A stretch of 64,000 nt of DNA, from the NCBI GenBank assembly GCA_016708565.1, contig JADJFN010000001.1:412863-476862 (forward strand). The letters run 5' to 3'. How positions within the stretch are numbered: position 1 is the first letter of the stretch; the number at the start of each line of letters is the position of its first letter. The position numbers were made by a program, and so were the translations under genes. The DNA is from Myxococcales bacterium (GTDB lineage Bacteria; Myxococcota_A; Polyangia; Haliangiales; Haliangiaceae). Below the pieces are notes generated by a model. That model had not been told where the DNA came from and searched no databases. It saw only the letters and a list, made by a program, of their open reading frames with translations. Positions 54,741-64,000 of this stretch are shown here, piece after piece.

Positions 54741-56072
54741 GTGCGCTACGTTCGCCCCGTGGCCAGACGCAACGCCAGCATCCCCGACGCGAGCGCGGTC
54801 AACGCGCAGTGGCTCATCCAGTTGCGCTGGGCGCAGATCGTCGGCCAGGCGGCGACGGTGCTGGGCGCCGACGTGCTGCTCGGCGTCGACCTGCCGCTGT
54901 ACCTGCTGTGGGCGGTGGTGGCGGTGGGGCTGGGCTCGAACCTCGCGCTCGCGGCCTCGGTGCGGCGGCGCGGGCGCGCCGACGGCCGGGTGCTGGCGGC
55001 GGTGATGGCGCTCGACATCGCGGCGCTGACCGGGCTCCTGTACCTGACCGGCGGCGCCGACAACCCGTTCGGCTTCCTGTACCTGGTGCAGATCGCGCTG
55101 GCGACGGTGATCCTCGAGGCGGCGTGGACCTGGGCGCTGGTGGCGCTGTCGTTCCTGGGTTTCGGCCTCCTGCTCCTGCTCGACCACCGGCCGCTGACGG
55201 TGTCGCCGCACACCCGCGCGATCGGCGTGTGGGTCGCGCTCGGCGTCGCCTCGGCGTTCATCGTCCACTTCCTGTTGCGCGTGACCCACGCGCTGGCGGC
55301 GCGCGACGCCGAGCTGGCCGAGGCCCACAACCTGGCCGCGCGGCAGGAGCGCCTGGCGTCCCTGGCGACGATGGCCGCCGGCGCGGCCCACGAGCTGGCC
55401 ACGCCGCTGGGCACGGTGGCGCTGGTGGCCAAGGAGCTCGAGCGCCACCTCGCCGGCCACGAGGACCGGACGCTGGCCGAGGACGCGCGGCTGATCCGCG
55501 AGCAGGTCGGGCGCTGCCGGGCCATCCTCGATCAGATGGCCGGCGGCACCGGCGCGGCCGGCGAGGGCCTGGTGTCGCAGCCGGTGGCCGAGGTGCTCGC
55601 CGAGGCGATGACGATCGTCCGCCCCGAGCCGTCGATCCGCACCAGCGTCACCCCCGAGGTCGCGGCGACGGTGGTCAACCTGCCGGTGCGGGCGGTGACC
55701 CAGGCGCTGCGGTCGCTGATCACCAACGCCCAGGACGCGTCGCCGGCCGGCAGCGAGGTGCTGGTGTCGGCCACCTGCCGCGCCGGGGTGCTGGCGATCG
55801 ACGTCGTCGACCGCGGCCGCGGCATGAGCGCCGAGGTGCTGGCCCGGATCGGCGAGCCGTTCTACACCACGAAGCAGCCCGGCCGCGGCATGGGCCTGGG
55901 CCTGTTCCTGGCCCGGGCGGTGTTCGAGAGCATCGGCGGGGCGATGGCGATCGACTCGCGCGAGGGGGCGGGGACCCGGGTCACCGTGACCATGCCGACC
56001 GACGCCGCGGCCCGGGCCCAACGCGGCCGCGGCACGCCGCGAGCCACGAACGCCCCGGCCGGTGGTATCTAA
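54741..56072 (+). CDS. regB: RegB/PrrB-type redox-sensing membrane histidine kinase
   Basis: GTG start. Six TM helices with the conserved GGADNPF box, H-box AAGAAHELATPL, and an HATPase domain. Confidence 0.8.
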   Translation: MRYVRPVARRNASIPDASAVNAQWLIQLRWAQIVGQAATVLGADVLLGVDLPLYLLWAVVAVGLGSNLALAASVRRRGRADGRVLAAVMALDIAALTGLLYLTGGADNPFGFLYLVQIALATVILEAAWTWALVALSFLGFGLLLLLDHRPLTVSPHTRAIGVWVALGVASAFIVHFLLRVTHALAARDAELAEAHNLAARQERLASLATMAAGAAHELATPLGTVALVAKELERHLAGHEDRTLAEDARLIREQVGRCRAILDQMAGGTGAAGEGLVSQPVAEVLAEAMTIVRPEPSIRTSVTPEVAATVVNLPVRAVTQALRSLITNAQDASPAGSEVLVSATCRAGVLAIDVVDRGRGMSAEVLARIGEPFYTTKQPGRGMGLGLFLARAVFESIGGAMAIDSREGAGTRVTVTMPTDAAARAQRGRGTPRATNAPAGGI

Positions 56073-56078
56073 GGGGCG

Positions 56079-56624
56079 ATGTCCGAGACCAAGCCCTCCC
56101 TGCTCCTGTGCGACGACGACGAGGTCTTCCGCACCCGCACCGCCCGCGCCTTCACCGAGCGCGGCTTCGAGGTGTCGACGGCCCACGACTTCGACAGCGC
56201 GGTCGCGGTGGCGCGCGGCGAGTCGCCCGAGCTCGCGGTGGTCGACCTCAAGATGCCCGGCAAGGGTGGCCTCGAGCTGGTCAAGGCGCTGCTCGAGATC
56301 GATCCCCACACCAAGATCGTCGTCCTGACCGGCTACGGCTCGATCGCGACCGCGGTCGACGCGGTCCGGCTGGGCGCGACCTACTACCTGGCCAAGCCGG
56401 CCGACGCCGACGAGATCCTCGCCGCGTTCGCCCGCGGCCAGGCGCCGCCGCTCGAGCCGCCCGACTCCGACTACCGCGCGCCGAGCCTGGCCCGCGCCGA
56501 GTGGGAGCACATCAACCGCGTGCTGTCGGACTGCGGCGGCAACATCTCCGAGGCGGCGCGCCGGCTCGGCATCCACCGCCGGTCGCTGCAGCGCAAGCTG
56601 CAGAAGTACCCGCCGAATCGTTGA
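56079..56624 (+). CDS. regA: RegA/ActR/PrrA-type response regulator (REC + Fis-type HTH)
   Basis: LLLCDDDEV...VVDLKMPGKGG...LAKP receiver. C-terminal GGNISEAARRLGIHRRSLQRKL. Confidence 0.85.
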   Translation: MSETKPSLLLCDDDEVFRTRTARAFTERGFEVSTAHDFDSAVAVARGESPELAVVDLKMPGKGGLELVKALLEIDPHTKIVVLTGYGSIATAVDAVRLGATYYLAKPADADEILAAFARGQAPPLEPPDSDYRAPSLARAEWEHINRVLSDCGGNISEAARRLGIHRRSLQRKLQKYPPNR

Positions 56625-56750
56625 TTAGAGGGCCTGTCGCCAGGCCCAGGTGGAGGCAGGTGGGGCACCGGTTGCATGAACCACGGACGTGCGCGTGGGG
56701 ACGCCGGACGTCCCCGACGGGGCCCCACCCAAGACGCGAGACATCCAGCG
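56625..56750. repeat. Palindromic element downstream of regA sharing the CCCCGACGGGGCCCC-CCCAAGACGCGA motif
   Basis: ggcctg-tcgc-caggcc hairpin, ggggacg-ccgga-cgtcccc hairpin, then ccccgacggggccccacccaagacgcgagac (compare 51441-51470). Confidence 0.55.
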
Positions 56751-56770
56751 CGACCGCGTAGACCATCGCG

Positions 56771-57513
56771 TCACAGCCGCCACGCGACGGCGGCGGTGGC
56801 CATCAGCGTGTCGACCGCGCGATCGCGGGCGTCGACCGGCACCTCGAGCGCGAGATCGACGGTGACGTGGCGGTCGCGGTAGCGGCCTCCCAGCGCCAGC
56901 GTGTGGACGAACGTCTCGTCGCGCGGCTCGACCAGCGCGTAGCTGGTGGTGGCGAAGCCGGCGGTGAGGCCGACGGTGTCGGTCAGCGCGACCGCGCCGG
57001 CCAGATCGACGTGCACCAGCGGCAGCGCGTCGGCGTCGGTGCGCAGCGTGAGCGCGAGCCCGGCGGCGACCGAGACCTCGCCGAGGCGGTTGGCCCAGCG
57101 GCGCCCGCCGCCGGCGGCCAGCGTGGTCGCGCGGGCCAGCCACGGGGTGGGATCGTCGCGGTGGGCGGCGGCCATCGCGGCGGCGACCGCGCCGCCGTCG
57201 CCGCGCCGGCTGGCGGCCGGCAAGGTCAGCGCCAGCTCGAGCCAGGTGGTCGGGGCCAGCCGGTAGCGGGCCCGGGCGTGCGGGTTGGCCAGGGTCGCCG
57301 CGGTCGAGGTGCCGGTGGTTGCGATCGCGACGCCGATCGCGCCGTCGATCGTCAGCGCGGCGCCCAGCGGCTCCTGCCACCACACCGCCGCGGTGCCGCC
57401 GTCGAGGGCGGCGGTGTGCAGGTAGCCGCCGGTCGCGCCCGCGGCGCGGCCGCCGTCGTCGGCGTGGGCCGAGCCAGCGCACAGCGCCAGGCACGCGAGG
57501 ACGCGGTGCACGC
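56771..57513 (-). CDS. Secreted beta-rich protein, possible outer-membrane beta-barrel (hypothetical)
   Basis: C-terminal 247 aa of ORF 56771..58045(-) from a GTG start (VHRVLACLALCAGSAHA signal peptide). Alternating hydrophobic pattern, very high GC3. Upstream part of the ORF is antisense of the sulfatase gene. Confidence 0.55.
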
Positions 57514-57578
57514 CGGCAGGGTGCAATGAGCGGCGGCGCCGACGCAAGCCGCCGCCGCCGATGGCATGATGCGCCGCG

Positions 57579-59705
<2,127 letters not shown>

Positions 59706-61064
59706 TCGTCAGCGGCGGCAGCCAGCCGCTCCACCGCGGCACCACCGGGCACACCCGCTCGCCGAACCACAGGCCGCTGGCGCCGGTGACGATCCACACC
59801 GCGACGGTCGCGGCCACCGGCAGCGCCAGCTGCGCGACCAGCGCGCGGCGCCAGTCGCGCCGCACCTCGAAGGTCAGCGCGATCGCCAGCACCGCCAGCC
59901 CGGGCGCGGCGGCGTTGGCCATCGTCAGGCCCTGCTTCTTGTAGATCATCGGCGTCGACAGCGACGGCGTGGTCTCGAGCAGCATCAGCGCGATCAGCGC
60001 GACCGGCCACCACCACGGCACCGCCGCGATCCGCCCGCCGGCGGCCCAGCCGGTCGCGAGCAGCGCGGCCAGGAGCAGCGCGATCGCCAGCGCGACCCGG
60101 CCGCGCGGCAGCGCCGGCAGCACGTCGTCGTCGTCGACCGGGGCGGCCAGCGCCGCGGCCAGCGGCCGCCCGCGGCTGTCGGCGGGCAAGGTCGCGCCCA
60201 CCGAGTCGGCGATCAGCCGGGCCGCGTCGACCACGCTGATCGGGCCGCCGCGGCCGACCGCGACGTCGGGGCCGGCGACGCAGCCGCGCACGACGCGGAT
60301 CGCGCGGGCCTCGCCGCCGTGGCCGCCACCGGCGATGTGATCGTGGTCGGACAGCACCAGCCAGCGCGCGTCGGGCGCGGCGGCGGTGAGGCGCCCCAGG
60401 ATCGCGTCGGCCGAGGCGGCGGCGTCGCGCCACGCCGCCGAGCGCTTGCCGGCGCGGTGGCCGGCGGTGTCGACCCGCAGCACGTGGACGAACACCAGCC
60501 GGGCCGGGCCGCCGACCGCGGCCACCGCGGTGTCGACCCAGGTGTCGGCCCACTTGTCGGGCAGGGTCTTGGCTGGCGTCGGCGGCAGCGTGTGCGGGAA
60601 GCCCAGCGAGTGGACGATGTACGAGTGGCTCTCGGCGATCGCGATCGCGTCGGGCACCTGGGCCGGGATGGCGCCGGCCGGCGGCGGCACCGGCTTGCCG
60701 GTCGAGTGGTACAGCACGCCGGTCTGCTGCTGGGTGCGGCCGCTCCACAAGGCCAGCTCGACCGGCAGCGACACCGTCGGGAAGCCGACGTCGATCGTCA
60801 GGTCGAGGCCGCGCGCGCACACCGCGTTCCACGCCGCCATGCCGGCCGCGGTGTCGCGGCCGGCGCCGTCGATCAGCACGACGCGCGTCCGCGCGGCCGG
60901 CGGCAGGCCGGCGCCGGTGGCCGCGGGCAGCGGCGGCGTCGCGCCCGGCGCCGCGTCGTTGCGGACGATCGCGTTGATCGCGTCCTGGCGCAGGTCGCGC
61001 AGCGGCCACAGCAAGAGCACCAGCGCGACGCCGAGCGCCACGCGGATCAGGCGGTCGGCGAGCG

Positions 61065-61943
61065 TCACGGCGCGGCTCCGGCGTCGAGGGCCAGCGGCGG
61101 CAACCCCAGCGGCGCGCGCCACGGCGCGTCGGCCAGCACCTCGACCGGCGCCAGCCGCAGGAGCCGCGGGATCGCGCGGCCGGCGGTCACCAGCGGCATG
61201 TGGCCGACGCCGGTGCGCAGGTAGATCGCGCGGGCGTCGGCGCGCGCCGGGCCCAGCTCGTCGTCGAGTTCGGCGAGATCGTCGACGGTGACCACCGCGC
61301 CCGCGCCCAGGTCCTCGGCCAGGCCCCGGGCCAGCTCCTCGGTCCAGCGCACGGTGTCGTCGCCGACGAAGATCAGGTGGTGGGCCGCCGACGCCGCCAT
61401 CCACCCGCGCCACGCGTCGACCTCGCCGTAGGTCGCGTCGAGCGAGATGATCCAGTCGAGCGCGGGCGCCGCGGTCCACGCCAAGAGCGTGCGGTACGCG
61501 CCGCTGTGGCCGATCGCGATCAGCGCGCCGGTGGGGCGCGGCAGGTCGATCGCCGCGAACACCTCGGCCAGCAGATCTTCGAGCGCCGGCCAGCGCACCG
61601 CCTGACGCGATCCGGCGGGCGCCTCGGCGGCGATGAAGACCGCGTTCACCGCGGCCAGCGCGAACTGCTCGGGCAGCCGGTGGTCGCGCCACGCGGCGTC
61701 GACGTCGGTGTCGTAGCCGTGGACGTACAGCACCACCGCCGCGCCGTCGGGGTGGTAGCCCGCGGGCGCCCAGACGTGGATCGGGCCGGCGGCGGTCGCG
61801 AGCTCCCACGCGTGGCCCGCGGCCACCGCGGCGGGCAGCGGCGCGGCGGCAGGGGCGGGCCCCGGCGCGCCGTCGTCGGCGGCGACCGCGACCACGATCA
61901 CGGTGGCGGCGGCCACGGCGATCACGGCGACGGCGCGGCGCAT
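61065..61943 (-). CDS. Secreted alpha/beta-hydrolase-fold esterase-like protein
   Basis: Signal peptide. GHSGAY nucleophile-elbow-like motif and a later His. Confidence 0.65.
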   Translation of the reverse strand: MRRAVAVIAVAAATVIVVAVAADDGAPGPAPAAAPLPAAVAAGHAWELATAAGPIHVWAPAGYHPDGAAVVLYVHGYDTDVDAAWRDHRLPEQFALAAVNAVFIAAEAPAGSRQAVRWPALEDLLAEVFAAIDLPRPTGALIAIGHSGAYRTLLAWTAAPALDWIISLDATYGEVDAWRGWMAASAAHHLIFVGDDTVRWTEELARGLAEDLGAGAVVTVDDLAELDDELGPARADARAIYLRTGVGHMPLVTAGRAIPRLLRLAPVEVLADAPWRAPLGLPPLALDAGAAP

Positions 61944-61992
61944 GCCCGACTGTGCCGCCGAACCGCGCGGCGGCGCAAATCCCTCGCGCCGG

Positions 61993-62904
61993 TCACAGCG
62001 ACGGCAGGCCCTTCTTGACGATCTCTTGCTCGTAGTACTTCGCCGGCTTGGTGCCGGCCTTGACCGCGGCCTTGGCCTTGGCCAGCTCCTCGTCGATCAG
62101 CGCGGCGAACGCCGGGAACGGCTGGGCGCCCGAGAGGAACCGACCGTTGATGAAGAACACCGGGGTGGCGCCGACGCCGAACTTGGTGAGCTCGGCCATG
62201 TCCTTGGCGTTCTCGGCCAGGCACCCGGTCAGGTCGGCGCGGTAGCGGGGCATGTCCAGGCCGACGCGGCTGGCGAGCGCGTCGATCTGCGCCGGCTCGA
62301 ACGCGCGCTTGGCGAACGCCTCGTCCCACAGCAGCGTGTCGAGGTCCCAGAACTTGCCCTGGTGGTTCGCGGCGCACGCCGCCTGCGACGCGTAGGTCGC
62401 GACCTGCGGGTGGACGACGTACTGGCGGTAGACGATGCGCACCTGATCGCCGTAGGTGGTGCTGATCTGGTCGAGCGTGCCGCGCACCTTCTCGCAGAAC
62501 GGGCACGCGTACTCGCCGGCGCGGACGATCGTGACCAGCGCGGTGGCCTTGCCCTTGACCGGGAAGCCGACGACCGGCACGCCATAGGTCTTGGTGGCGT
62601 CGGGCTGCGGCCGCGCCGGGCGCGCCGGCGGCGCGGCCTTGGCCTTGGCGTCGACCTCGGCCGCCAGCTTCTCGAGCTGCACGCGCAGCTCCTCGGCCTT
62701 GGCGGCGGCGTCGCTGGCGCCGTCGACCGAGCCGGCCAGCGTGCCGAGCATCGCCTCGAGCCGGGCCAGGGACGCCCGCAGCTCGAACTCGCTCTTGGCC
62801 TGGGCCGCCTCGGCGGCGGCCATCCGGCGCTCGAGCCGGTCGAACCTGCCGCTGCTCACACACCCGGCGATCGAGAGGACGACGACGAACCATGCCGCGC
62901 GCAT
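61993..62904 (-). CDS. DsbA-family thiol:disulfide oxidoreductase lipoprotein
   Basis: Lipobox SIAGC, a coiled-coil linker, and thioredoxin-fold active site CPFC. Confidence 0.85.
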   Translation of the reverse strand: MRAAWFVVVLSIAGCVSSGRFDRLERRMAAAEAAQAKSEFELRASLARLEAMLGTLAGSVDGASDAAAKAEELRVQLEKLAAEVDAKAKAAPPARPARPQPDATKTYGVPVVGFPVKGKATALVTIVRAGEYACPFCEKVRGTLDQISTTYGDQVRIVYRQYVVHPQVATYASQAACAANHQGKFWDLDTLLWDEAFAKRAFEPAQIDALASRVGLDMPRYRADLTGCLAENAKDMAELTKFGVGATPVFFINGRFLSGAQPFPAFAALIDEELAKAKAAVKAGTKPAKYYEQEIVKKGLPSL

Positions 62905-62939
62905 GGCGCGACGCTACCACGGCGATCGCGGCGGCGCCG

Positions 62940-63517
<578 letters not shown>

Positions 63518-63521
<4 letters not shown>

Positions 63522-64000
63522 GCCGTTCTCCGTCGTCGGCGCACGAGCGCCAGGGTCGCGAGCGCCAGCGGCGCCGCGCGATCGGCACGATCGCCGGTCG
63601 AGCAGCAGCCGCCATCGTCGTCGTGGTACGCGAGCGCGATCCGCACCTTGGCGGTGCGGGTCGGGTCGGCGCGATCGGTGGCGCGCACGACCAGGCTGTC
63701 GTCGCCGGGCTCGAGCGGCGCGGCGATCGTCAGCGCGCCGTCGTCGGTCAGGGTCGCGGCGCCGGTGGCCGGCCCGGCGACGAGCGCCCAGCCGTGATCG
63801 GCGGCGAACGGATCGGCGGCGTCGAGCGTCACCTGCCGCGTCGTGCCGGGCGCGACGGTCACCGCGTCGGGCAGCGGGTGCAGGCCGTCCTCGAGCTCGA
63901 CGCCGGCCGCGGCCTCGATCCACGCCACCACCGTCGGGTGATCGGGCCGGACGTAGATGCCGCCTTCGGAGCAGTCGACCGTCGCGTCGGCGTAGCTGCG
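63518..64000 (-). CDS. MYXO-CTERM-anchored surface protein, C-terminal fragment (gene continues past window end)
   Basis: The reading frame is open to the window edge. C-terminus GGCCSTGDRADRAAPLALATLALVRRRRRTA has Cys motif, TM and poly-Arg. Confidence 0.7.

Overview
High-GC (over 70% by eye) chromosomal window with about 60 protein-coding genes on both strands, no rRNA/tRNA genes and no CRISPR array. Two proteins end in a MYXO-CTERM-like sorting signal (Cys motif, short TM, poly-Arg tail), and with the abundance of Ser/Thr-kinase, PP2C, PilZ, HEAT/TPR and lipoprotein genes this points to a myxobacterial (Myxococcota) genome. Recognisable housekeeping genes are yjbQ-like, a MoaD/ThiS-like carrier, pdxA, clpX, ggt, accC, pyrG and a complete rpoN-hpf-ptsN-hprK-rapZ-ptsH-ptsI cluster, interspersed with signalling genes (HK + REC-HDOD, tail-anchored STK, PP2C-cNMP, Crp, RegB/RegA, REC-DUF4388, PilZ) and many envelope proteins. 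Noteworthy are a PilZ-TM-PEGA-GS-repeat protein, a zinc-ribbon/histone-fold protein translationally coupled to a MYXO-CTERM protein, a CDP-alcohol phosphatidyltransferase/cytidylyltransferase operon with a repeat lipoprotein and a REC-DUF4388 regulator, an HNH/DUF222 nuclease behind an array of TCCGGAC-type inverted repeats, an orphan GroES paralog, and a family of GC-rich palindromic intergenic elements at gene 3' ends. Stop/start overlaps (ATGA, GTGA, TGATG) are frequent. All calls come from reading the six-frame translations and the DNA by eye; no database search was possible, so domain names are recognised from motifs.
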